From a candidate division FCPU426 bacterium (GTDB lineage: Bacteria; Oederibacteriota; Muellerivitia; Muellerivitales; Muellerivitaceae), in contig CAWKAR010000015.1 of NCBI GenBank assembly GCA_963847625.1, forward strand, positions 1 to 34,271: 34,271 nucleotides of DNA, read 5' to 3'. The notes beneath the pieces were generated by a model, which made no database searches, had not been told where the DNA came from, and worked only from the letters and a program-made list of their open reading frames with translations. Below, piece by piece: positions 11,091 to 19,227 of the stretch. Numbering within the stretch: the first letter of the stretch is position 1; each line of letters starts with the position of its first letter. The translations under genes were made by a program, and so were the position numbers.

Positions 11091-13865
11091 ATGCGAGCAT
11101 GGGGTCTCTTCATCGTGTTCGTTTTGACTGGATGCGTTTTTCCAATGCACCCTGCCAGCGGGGCCGCGATTCCAGTGGTGTCTTTCCACAAGGTGCCCGA
11201 TGGGTTGGTGTTCAAAATGGAACCTGGCATCTTGAAATTACAGGTATTTTCTCCATACGTGATTCGGGTCCTCTATGCGCCTGGGAAGTCCCTGTCAAAA
11301 ACCAAGAGCATGGCGGTCATCACCAAGCCCTTTCCTGTGACTTGGAGAGAGGAGGACGATGAAAAGGAGGTGCGGATACTTACGGATGAATTGCAGGTTC
11401 ATGTGAACTGCGCCACGGGAGCCATTGGGTTTTACGATAGAGCAGGCTCGCCGGTATTGGTCGAGGAGGCGGGCGGGGGAAAATCCCTGACGCCTAACCA
11501 GGTTGGAAACTTGAAAACCCTCAAGAGCCAACAGTCATTTGTGTTGGAACCTGGAGAAGCCATTTATGGGCTTGGTCAACACCAGCAGGGATTAATGAAT
11601 TACCGGGGAGCAAATGTCCGCCTTTTGCAGGCAAACCGTGAAGTGGGGGTGCCGGTGATGGTCTCCAGCCGCGGTTACGGCCTGCTGTGGGACAATCCCG
11701 CCGTAACCGATGTGAGCGTTGGAGCTGGGATAGAACAAACGGTGCCTTCTAGCCACCTTTACACGGAGGATGGCAAGCCTGGTGGGCTGACTGGAAAGTA
11801 CTATAAAGGCGAGAACTTTGAAACTTTTGCGGTTACCCACAATGATGCCCAGGTGGATTTTGATTGGTCCACCACGCCCCCTCCGGGTATGCCACACGAC
11901 CATTACAGCGTTCGATGGACTGGATATGTGGAGGCCGGGCAAGGGGGGGAGTACACATTTCTAGCCACTGCCGACGACGGCGTGAGGCTTTGGATAGATG
12001 ATAAACAGGTGGTTAATGACTGGAACTCGCGTCCGGTGGAAACTTTTTTTGCGAAGGTAAACTTCTCGGCCAACAGCCGGCACCGTATCAAGATGGAATA
12101 TTATCAGGACCGCTGGGGCGCAGTTGCCCGCTTGGTCTGGCGATTACCCACTAAAACCGTTTTGCCCCTGACTTGGACTTCTGAAGCCGCCGATTCCATC
12201 GACTATTACTTCATGTATGGCGCCAACTTGGACAAGGTGATCGGGGCCTACCGTGGCTTAACCGGCGCAGCGCCCATGTTTCCAAAATGGGCTTGGGGCT
12301 TCTGGCAATCAAAGGAACATTACCAATCCCAGCAGGAATTGCTGGATGTGGTTGATAAGTATCGAAGCCTTCATGTGCCTATCGATGGCATCATCCAGGA
12401 TTGGCAGTACTGGTCGCCCCATCCCTGGGGATCACACCAATTCGACAAGGCCCGTTATCCCGAGCCCGGGAAAATGATGGAGGATATTCACGCGAAAAAT
12501 ACCCATATGATCATCTCGGTCTGGCCCAGGTTCGATGACGGAAGCCCGAATTCCAAAGAGCTTGGAAAAGCTGGCTGCCTTTACCCACAAGTGATCTCTT
12601 ACGACTCGCCCCCGATTAAAAGCCATTGGTACGATCCCTTCGACAAGAAGGCCCGCCGAATTTACTGGGAACAAATATCCAGGGAGCTTTTCGCTTACGG
12701 AATAGACGGTTGGTGGCTTGATGCCAGCGAGCCGGAGCTTAGTGGGAATCCCGGGGAATACCACAATTACACCACCGCGATGGGTCCAGCGACGAAAGTT
12801 TTCAATGCTTATCCCTTGATGCACACCGGGGGCATTTATATCGGACAACGGGCGGAAAATTCCGATAAGCGTGTTTTCGGCCTGACTCGTTCTGCCTACG
12901 CGGGCCAGCAACGCTACTCCATGGTGACCTGGTCGGGTGATATTCAAGGAAGTTGGAGCGCTTATTTGAAACAGATCCCTGCGGGGATTAATTTTTGTTT
13001 GAGCGGAATCCCCTATTGGAACACGGACACGGGTGGTTTTTTCGGTGGTAACCCGGCTCAATCAGATTACGCCGAATTATTCACCCGTTGGTTCCAGTTC
13101 AGTGCTTTCTGTCCCATGTTCAGAGTCCATGGCACCAACTATCCCAAGGAAATGTGGCGCTTCGATGATGCTACCCGGAAAATCCTGGTCGACTATGACC
13201 GGTTGCGTTATCACATGCTGCCTTACATTTATTCGGTCTCTTGGATGGTCACTCACGAAAATTATTCCATGTTTCGCGGTTTGATAATGGATTTCCGCGA
13301 GGATCCCAAGGTTTATGACATTTCGGATCAATACTTGTTTGGCCCTTCGTTGATGGTTTCGCCCGTTACTAAGGCTAAAGCCAAATCCCGCAGTGTTTAT
13401 CTTCCGGAAGGGGCGAACTGGACCGATTTTTGGACAGGGAAGACTTACATAGGGGGGAAAACGGTCGAAGCGAAATCCCCCATGGATATTGTTCCACTGT
13501 TTGTTCGTGCTGGTTCCATCATTCCTTATGGTCCCTCCATTGAATACGCGACAGAAAAGGAGGACCCGATTGAAATAAGGGTTTACCCGGGGGCGGACGG
13601 GGCCTTCACGCTTTATGAGGATGAAGGCGATAACTACAATTACGAAAAAGGCGCCTGGGCTACTATTCCATTAACTTGGAATGAGGCTACCCGTACTTTG
13701 AAAATCGGGAAACGCTCAGGAGGTTTTGCGGGAATGTTAAAGGACAGAACTTTCCGTGTTGTGTGGGTTTCTCCCGGCCACGGAACCGGAATTTTCTCCA
13801 CTGAGAAGCCTGATACCATCGTTCAATATGATGGAATGGAATTGAGCGTGATTGCGCACAAATGA
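11091..13865 (+). CDS. GH31 alpha-xylosidase-like glycoside hydrolase with PA14 domain
   Basis: AAGGAG RBS; signal peptide. IYGLGQHQ, PKWAWGFWQSKEHY, nucleophile region WWLDASEPE, acid/base region WSGDI, RWFQFSAFCPMFRVHG, LYEDEGDNYNYEKG. PA14: GLTGKYY..DFDW..YSVRWTG..ADDGVRLWIDD..KMEYYQ. Confidence 0.93.
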   Translation: MRAWGLFIVFVLTGCVFPMHPASGAAIPVVSFHKVPDGLVFKMEPGILKLQVFSPYVIRVLYAPGKSLSKTKSMAVITKPFPVTWREEDDEKEVRILTDELQVHVNCATGAIGFYDRAGSPVLVEEAGGGKSLTPNQVGNLKTLKSQQSFVLEPGEAIYGLGQHQQGLMNYRGANVRLLQANREVGVPVMVSSRGYGLLWDNPAVTDVSVGAGIEQTVPSSHLYTEDGKPGGLTGKYYKGENFETFAVTHNDAQVDFDWSTTPPPGMPHDHYSVRWTGYVEAGQGGEYTFLATADDGVRLWIDDKQVVNDWNSRPVETFFAKVNFSANSRHRIKMEYYQDRWGAVARLVWRLPTKTVLPLTWTSEAADSIDYYFMYGANLDKVIGAYRGLTGAAPMFPKWAWGFWQSKEHYQSQQELLDVVDKYRSLHVPIDGIIQDWQYWSPHPWGSHQFDKARYPEPGKMMEDIHAKNTHMIISVWPRFDDGSPNSKELGKAGCLYPQVISYDSPPIKSHWYDPFDKKARRIYWEQISRELFAYGIDGWWLDASEPELSGNPGEYHNYTTAMGPATKVFNAYPLMHTGGIYIGQRAENSDKRVFGLTRSAYAGQQRYSMVTWSGDIQGSWSAYLKQIPAGINFCLSGIPYWNTDTGGFFGGNPAQSDYAELFTRWFQFSAFCPMFRVHGTNYPKEMWRFDDATRKILVDYDRLRYHMLPYIYSVSWMVTHENYSMFRGLIMDFREDPKVYDISDQYLFGPSLMVSPVTKAKAKSRSVYLPEGANWTDFWTGKTYIGGKTVEAKSPMDIVPLFVRAGSIIPYGPSIEYATEKEDPIEIRVYPGADGAFTLYEDEGDNYNYEKGAWATIPLTWNEATRTLKIGKRSGGFAGMLKDRTFRVVWVSPGHGTGIFSTEKPDTIVQYDGMELSVIAHK

Positions 13866-13966
13866 CATCACCTTTTCCGGGTTTCGATCACCCGAAAGAT
13901 GCGAAACGGTTAAGTGGTTTTGCCGATTGGATGAAAATTAGTCGTGTCTGGCCAGGAGGAATTTAC

Positions 13967-15985
13967 ATGAAGATCGCTGTAAAGCCGCTTTCGCTTTTCG
14001 CGCTGTTTTTTGCGGGCATTGGCGCTAATGCCAGTGCCTCAGAGAGGACCATCCGGGCCGACTTTCAAAAGATCAAGGGCCCCAAGGATATGGCATGGCG
14101 AGTCTGCGTTGGGGCCTGCCACGCAGCATTGGATCTCCGCGAAGACTGGCGCCAACAGCTGGAATTCATCCACCGGGAATGCGGATTTGAGTATGTCCGT
14201 TTTCATGGCCTTTTGGATGACGACATGGGGGTCTACAGCGAGGATGCCCAGGGCAGGCCCGTCTATAACTGGAAAAAACTAGATGAACTTTACGATTCCA
14301 TCCTCAAAGCCGGCATGCGCCCGTTTGTCGAGTTGGGCTTCATGCCCCAGGCCTTGGCGAGCGGCACCCAGACGATCTTCTTTTACAAGGGATACGTGAC
14401 CCCGCCTAAATCATACGAGAAATGGGGCGACCTTGTGGAAGCCTTGGTGCGTCATTGCGAGTCTCGTTATGGCCGGGATGAAGTCAAACGGTGGTACTTC
14501 GAAGTCTGGAACGAACCCAACCTGGGCGGCTTTTGGACGGGCACTGAGGGTGAATATTACAAGTTATATGAGGCTTCATCGAAGGCGATCAAGCGCGTCT
14601 GTGAGGACTACAGGGTGGGCGGACCTGGCTCGGCGGGTGGGGGCCTCATCAAGGAGACCATTAATTTTAGCCAGGGAGCACTTGGAAACATTGATGACCT
14701 GGGGGCCCCGCTCGTGAATATGAAGGGAGAATATTACCTCGGCATGGCCCTGGAGGGAAAACCCGTGCTGAGACGCGCCAACGAGACCTTGGATTTCAAC
14801 TGGGACAAGGTCTCGCCGGATCCAGCCGTGCCCCGGGAAAATTTTTCGGCGCGATGGGTGGGGGAATTGAGACCCGCCCACGACGGGCGGTACCTTTTCT
14901 CAGTCAGGGCCGACGACGGGGTGCGTGCGTGGGTTGACGGAAAGCAAGTGGCGGACGACTGGAGCGACCATGCCCCCGAGACCACGACGGCCCTGTTGAC
15001 GCTGCGCGGAGGCGTGCCGGTCCCGGTTCGTATTGAGTACTACCAGAATGGGGGCGGTGCGCTCCTGCAGGCCTTTTTGCGCGAAGCAAAGCCGGAGGAA
15101 ATAGAGCGCGACATGGCAAAAAACCGCAAGGCTGTGGCCTCCCTGGACTTCCTCTCCACGCACACCTACGGCACAAGCGGACACCTGGACGAGTTTGGCA
15201 AGTATCAGGAGTGGCTGGTCCCGGACATCGACAGTGTCTACAAGTCCCTGGTGGATATCCGAAAAAAGGTGCGCCAATCCCTGCTGCCCGATCTGCCGAT
15301 CCACATCACGGAATGGAGCACGTCCTACTCCCCCCGGGACGTCACCCACGACAGCTACATCTCCGCAGCCTATATCTTGAACACGCTAAAGAAGTCGGAG
15401 GGCCTAGTCAGCTCGCTCTCCTACTGGACCTTTACCGACATTTTTGAGGAGCCTGGTTTTCCCGATGAGGAGCTGCACGGAGGCTTTGGCCTTCTCACGA
15501 TCAGCGGGCTTAAGAAACCGTCTTTCTTCGCCTATCACTACATGAATCTCCTAGGTTCCACCGAACTGGAATCTGCGGACACATCTTCGTGGGTCTGCCG
15601 AAACGAAAAGGGGGTGCAGGTTCTCTTGTGGGACGCCATGTTGCCTTCCCAGGATCAGAAAACAGAGCCCAATCAGGTATTTTTCCGGAAGGACCTGAAG
15701 GCCAAAGACATTGGTTTAACCCGGGTTGAGCTTGTCAACGTCCCGCCAGGTTTGTACCGCCTTAGCGTACACAAGGTTGGCTACGCCGCCAACGACCTGT
15801 TTGACGCCTATCGCAGGCTGGGAATGCCCAAGAAGCCGGACGCCCGTCAACTCGCCGCCCTCAAGGGCGCCACGCAGGATAAAGCGGTGGTAGAAAAAGA
15901 TGTGAAGGTGGGAGCAGATGGTTTGTTCAAGACACAAGTGCCGTTGCGTCAGAATGACGTCTATTTCATCGAATTGACGAAATAG
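13967..15985 (+). CDS. GH39 beta-xylosidase-like glycoside hydrolase with internal PA14 domain
   Basis: Start moved to ATG 13967 (AGGAGGA at 13954-13960, then signal peptide MKIAVKPL..ASA). GH39 motifs GFEYVRFHGL, RPFVELGFMP, WYFEVWNEPNL (acid/base), HITEWS (nucleophile), SYWTFTDIFEE, HGGFGL. PA14 at ~14720-15085. Confidence 0.9.
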   Translation: MKIAVKPLSLFALFFAGIGANASASERTIRADFQKIKGPKDMAWRVCVGACHAALDLREDWRQQLEFIHRECGFEYVRFHGLLDDDMGVYSEDAQGRPVYNWKKLDELYDSILKAGMRPFVELGFMPQALASGTQTIFFYKGYVTPPKSYEKWGDLVEALVRHCESRYGRDEVKRWYFEVWNEPNLGGFWTGTEGEYYKLYEASSKAIKRVCEDYRVGGPGSAGGGLIKETINFSQGALGNIDDLGAPLVNMKGEYYLGMALEGKPVLRRANETLDFNWDKVSPDPAVPRENFSARWVGELRPAHDGRYLFSVRADDGVRAWVDGKQVADDWSDHAPETTTALLTLRGGVPVPVRIEYYQNGGGALLQAFLREAKPEEIERDMAKNRKAVASLDFLSTHTYGTSGHLDEFGKYQEWLVPDIDSVYKSLVDIRKKVRQSLLPDLPIHITEWSTSYSPRDVTHDSYISAAYILNTLKKSEGLVSSLSYWTFTDIFEEPGFPDEELHGGFGLLTISGLKKPSFFAYHYMNLLGSTELESADTSSWVCRNEKGVQVLLWDAMLPSQDQKTEPNQVFFRKDLKAKDIGLTRVELVNVPPGLYRLSVHKVGYAANDLFDAYRRLGMPKKPDARQLAALKGATQDKAVVEKDVKVGADGLFKTQVPLRQNDVYFIELTK

Positions 15986-16061
15986 GATCTTTTGGATCTT
16001 CTGATAACCCATCGCTTAATAAGCCTTGAAGATCAATCCGTTTATGACAGTGTGGACAAGT

Positions 16062-16092
16062 GTAGGGTAGGTCTCTTCGAATCCTACCCTAC
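16062..16092. terminator. Hairpin downstream of the GH cluster (terminator or GTAG-type REP-like element)
   Basis: GTAGGGTAGG (16062-16071) and CCTACCCTAC (16083-16092) form a perfect 10-bp stem with an 11-nt loop; a T-rich tract follows after a few bases. Confidence 0.5.
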
Positions 16093-16270
16093 TGCTGATT
16101 TTTATTAGAGGGATGCAAACTAAAAAGGTTGCGCGCGACCACATAGGAAGCTAATACTCACGCTAAATATTTTTCCCAATCGGCTTAATTAGGGGACTTT
16201 TGTTTTATTACAAAAGCGCTTAAGAACATTTAAAAACTTGCAATAAGTAGTTCATTTTTGGTAAAACTAA

Positions 16271-16380
16271 CAACCGTGTTTAGGTTGCAACTTTGCCACG
16301 GCTTTGCCACAGCGTTTTTAGGGATATAAAAATACAGAAAAGCCCTAATAAAACAATGATGTTATTAGTGGAGTGCAACC
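16271..16380. repeat. Recombination-site-like unit: CAACC-N7-GGTTGCA core, TTTGCCACGGCTTTGCCACA repeat, GAGTGCAACC half site
   Basis: CAACC gtgttta GGTTGCA at 16271-16289; repeat at 16292-16311; GAGTGCAACC at 16371-16380. Confidence 0.7.
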
Positions 16381-16458
16381 TATAAATTTTTAATTCTTTA
16401 TTTTAGGCCCGAAATTTAATTGTGGGTTTTGTGACAAGTCGCGAATTTTGCTGTAAAT

Positions 16459-16495
16459 GCGGGAATAACTCAGCGGTAGAGTGCAACCTTGCCAA
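16459..16495 (+). pseudogene. 5' half of tRNA-Gly(GCC), truncated at the end of the anticodon loop
   Basis: GCGGGAATAACTCAGCGGTAGAGTGCAACCTTGCCAA gives the acceptor 5' strand, D arm, anticodon 5' stem and loop with GCC. The following sequence (CGAGCAGCTCC..) cannot complete the stem, and I saw no 3' half in the window. Confidence 0.88.
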
Positions 16496-16597
16496 CGAGC
16501 AGCTCCTCGATCAGTTCTTTTCTGAAAAACCCCTATAAATAAACAAAAAAACTAATTTTTTTGCCCCGGCTTCCTGATCAAATGTCACTGGGGAAGG

Positions 16598-16790
16598 TGC
16601 CACAAAATGCCACAATATGACAGGGTGTGACACCAAGATTTTGCCACGGCTTTGCCACAAAATGCCGTGTTAGGATTTGGAATGCAACCCAGATATGGTT
16701 GCACTCTATCGGAATGTTTGAAATTTTTCAGTGATGGTGTGCCAGAAGTAAAAAGTGCCATTTTTGAACTTTGCCACTTTTTGTGGCAAA
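16598..16790. repeat. Recombination-site-like unit: core GAATGCAACC-N7-GGTTGCACTC with multiple TGCCAC arm-like repeats
   Basis: Core at 16680-16706 (spacer CAGATAT); TGCCACAAAATGCCACAA from 16598; TTTGCCACGGCTTTGCCACAA at 16640-16660; TTTGCCACTTTTTGTGGCAAA at 16770-16790. Confidence 0.75.
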
Positions 16791-17075
16791 GGCTCGTTTG
16801 GACTGGTGGTACTTGTGCCATATTTTTAACCGCGAAGACGGTTGAGCTTTCTTCAAATTTCCAATGATTTTAAAATCCAAATAACTTCTCTTAAATTCAA
16901 TGGTTTTTGGGTGAAACCATTAGCTTCAAGGGGTTATGCATAAAAGAATATTTGAATCATGATTTGTTTTATTGAAATTGAAGTGATTCGTTTGATCGTT
17001 TATTCAATTCCGCTAAAGCGCTAATGCTCAATGGACTTGAATAACAAGTGAATCTTACAAATGTAAATTCCAGCC

Positions 17076-17104
17076 TTGACAACCTACCTACCGGCAGGTA
17101 GAAT
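17076..17104 (+). promoter_or_regulatory. Sigma70-type promoter of tetR overlapped by a palindromic operator; likely leaderless transcript
   Basis: TTGACA (17076-17081), 17 bp, TAGAAT (17099-17104); ATG begins 7 nt after the -10. Operator CTACCTACCGGCAGGTAG at 17084-17101. Confidence 0.8.
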
Positions 17105-17110
17105 ATAGTC

Positions 17111-17713
17111 ATGGCAAAGAAAAAATCAACCCATTTAGAACAAGTTGAAAGAATAGTTTCGATTGCCCGCCGGTTGTTCGCCCAAAAGGGCGTTAATGAA
17201 ACCAGTTTGCAGGATATAGCCAAGGAATGCGGAATCCGCAAAGCATCCCTCTATTATCACTTTAAAAGTAAGGAAGAAATTCTAAAAAATATTTTCGATA
17301 GTGAGTTTAGGCGGAAGGAAACCGCTCTTAATTCCTTGGATTCCTCCAAGACTCTTGAGGAAATTTTGCAAGCGATAGGTTCCCATTTTTTTTCTGACTT
17401 TGAAAATGAAACCAATATTCAATTCATGAAAATATTGATCAGTGAAGGATTAAAGAATAGTAAGGCGAGTAAGCTTTTTTTCAATTTTTTCAAGGAACAG
17501 GGGGAAGACCCGATTTTAAAAAAGCTGAAGCCATTGCTGGCTGGAAAAGTGCCTGAAAAGCAAATGCAACTTTTTGTTTTTTGTTTTTTGGGGACGATCT
17601 TCAATTTCGCCATTCACACAAAGCTCATGAAACATGAACTGCCAGTTGAGGATGGTTTAAGTGCCGAAGAGTGTTTAAGGTTAGTTTGCCGAATTTTTAG
17701 CAAAGGTCTTTAG
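17111..17713 (+). CDS. TetR/AcrR family transcriptional regulator
   Basis: N-terminal HTH ARRLFAQKGVNETSLQDIAKECGIRKASLYYHFKSKEEIL; 200 aa; upstream of efflux genes. Confidence 0.95.
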   Translation: MAKKKSTHLEQVERIVSIARRLFAQKGVNETSLQDIAKECGIRKASLYYHFKSKEEILKNIFDSEFRRKETALNSLDSSKTLEEILQAIGSHFFSDFENETNIQFMKILISEGLKNSKASKLFFNFFKEQGEDPILKKLKPLLAGKVPEKQMQLFVFCFLGTIFNFAIHTKLMKHELPVEDGLSAEECLRLVCRIFSKGL

Positions 17714-17729
17714 TTTTTTTGATGTTGTA

Positions 17730-17751
17730 ACCTACCTGTCGGTAGGTAGGT
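17730..17751. promoter_or_regulatory. Second TetR operator immediately upstream of the TolC-family RBS
   Basis: ACCTACCTGTCGGTAGGTAGGT has palindromic arms and matches the reverse complement of the 17082-17101 operator; GAGGAGG follows at 17752-17758. Confidence 0.8.
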
Positions 17752-17763
17752 GAGGAGGAATCT

Positions 17764-19227
17764 ATGAAAAAATTTACATTAACGATTTCTCTTATTGGGA
17801 TCCTTCTGCCGGTTTCAGGCTGGGGAGAGACGCTTACGCTTTTGGATTATTTGCACCAAGTGCAAACACGGGGGCCGGATTACCTTTCGTTTAAAGCCTC
17901 AGCGGAAGGGTTGAAAGGACAAGCCCATCAACTGGACCTGACATATTCACCGATTTTAACTGCCGGGTACAACCACTTGGACGACAACGAATCCCCCGAA
18001 AACATCCAAGCTATGCCTCATACACTATCCGACTCCGCAGGGGCTTCCATCACCACGAAATTTCCATTCGGCCCCTCCCTCACGTTGGGTTATTCCTTCG
18101 TCAATACGAACATGGAATTCAACGAACTTTATAGTGCGCTGGGAAATTCCTTAAACCTGCCCGACTCCTATTACCAAACCGCCCCTACATTGTCCCTTTC
18201 CATTCCCCTTTTGAAAGATTTCGGCGGAAGTCAAACCAGAGCGGAAGTCCACAAGTCCCAATACCAGTTTGAGTCATCCTCCGAAACCGAATTTTTCCAG
18301 ATGGAGCAGGCGCTCTACAAAGCCAAAGTGGCGTACTGGAACCTGACCCTGGCCCGAGTGGAGGTGGCGATCTGGCAGGATACCCTGGAACGGAACCGAA
18401 AAATTTGGAACTGGACCCAGAAGCGGCTGGCGCGCCAACTCGCGGACGAGACCGATGATTTGCAGGCCGAAATGGCGGTTCGGCGGGCCGAATTGAATTT
18501 GCGGAAGGCCCAGGAGGACGAACGCTCCGCACGATTCGAATTCAATAAATATCGAAACGTGGAGTCGGGGGACGTTCCGGAAATTTTGGAGACTTTGGAG
18601 AATTCCTTGGTCCAAATCGAAGTGGACATTCCCGATGATCCGCCGGAAAGGCTGGACTTAAAGGCAGAGGAAATGAGGGCCGAGCAGCAAAAAGCCGTAT
18701 ATGACTACGCCAAGCAGGACATATATCCCGATTTGACGCTCAAGGCTTCGTGGTGCGGTAACGGCTATGACCCGGATTTTGGGTCGGCCAACCAAACCTC
18801 ATTCAGGAATAACTATCCTTCCTACAGTATCGGCGCCCAATTTAGCCTTTCCCTGGACGTGTTCACCGCCTCCCAGGTGGCGGAGGGTTACTGGCGCTGT
18901 TATGAAAGCTCCTTCTTGACCCTGAAAAACAAGCAGATCGAAGTCGCCCAACAATGGGCGGACTTGAAGGAAAAACTTCTGGACGTGGATGAACAGCTGG
19001 CCATGTCAACCCGAATTGAAAAGCTCCAAAAAAGGAACGCCGAAGAACAAAAGGAGGAATTAGCGCAGGGGCGCACGACCCAATACCAATTATTGTCGTG
19101 CGAGAACGATTATTCGCTTTCCCGATTGGATCGAATACGCCTGATCCAGGAAAAGTTGACGCTTCTCGCCGAGGCACAGTGGTGGCTCTCGGGGGTTGAT
19201 CCGAACGGGAAAGGAGACGCGAAATGA
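17764..19227 (+). CDS. TolC-family outer membrane efflux protein
   Basis: Signal peptide; 487 aa with twice-repeated OEP-like pattern (LSLSIPLLKDFG..KVAYWNL; YPDLTL..FSLSL..GRTTQYQLL); ATGA overlap with the RND gene. Confidence 0.85.
   Translation: MKKFTLTISLIGILLPVSGWGETLTLLDYLHQVQTRGPDYLSFKASAEGLKGQAHQLDLTYSPILTAGYNHLDDNESPENIQAMPHTLSDSAGASITTKFPFGPSLTLGYSFVNTNMEFNELYSALGNSLNLPDSYYQTAPTLSLSIPLLKDFGGSQTRAEVHKSQYQFESSSETEFFQMEQALYKAKVAYWNLTLARVEVAIWQDTLERNRKIWNWTQKRLARQLADETDDLQAEMAVRRAELNLRKAQEDERSARFEFNKYRNVESGDVPEILETLENSLVQIEVDIPDDPPERLDLKAEEMRAEQQKAVYDYAKQDIYPDLTLKASWCGNGYDPDFGSANQTSFRNNYPSYSIGAQFSLSLDVFTASQVAEGYWRCYESSFLTLKNKQIEVAQQWADLKEKLLDVDEQLAMSTRIEKLQKRNAEEQKEELAQGRTTQYQLLSCENDYSLSRLDRIRLIQEKLTLLAEAQWWLSGVDPNGKGDAK

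Noticed and set aside
13862..13966. ORF-track start for the GH39 gene
   Set aside because: A strong RBS and signal peptide point to ATG 13967.
16071..16092. TTCGAATCC as a possible tRNA T-loop or the missing tRNA-Gly 3' half
   Set aside because: No T-stem pairing or acceptor 3' strand complementary to GCGGGAA; better explained as part of the GTAGGG hairpin.
16111..16134. GGATGCAAAC-TAAAAA-GGTTGCGC as an additional core site
   Set aside because: The spacer is 6 rather than 7 bp and the arms are degenerate; possibly decayed but not supportable.
16585..16867. Short ORFs 16585-16821 (-) and 16652-16867 (+)
   Set aside because: They run across the repeat and core sites, lack an RBS and show no integrase-like or other motif.
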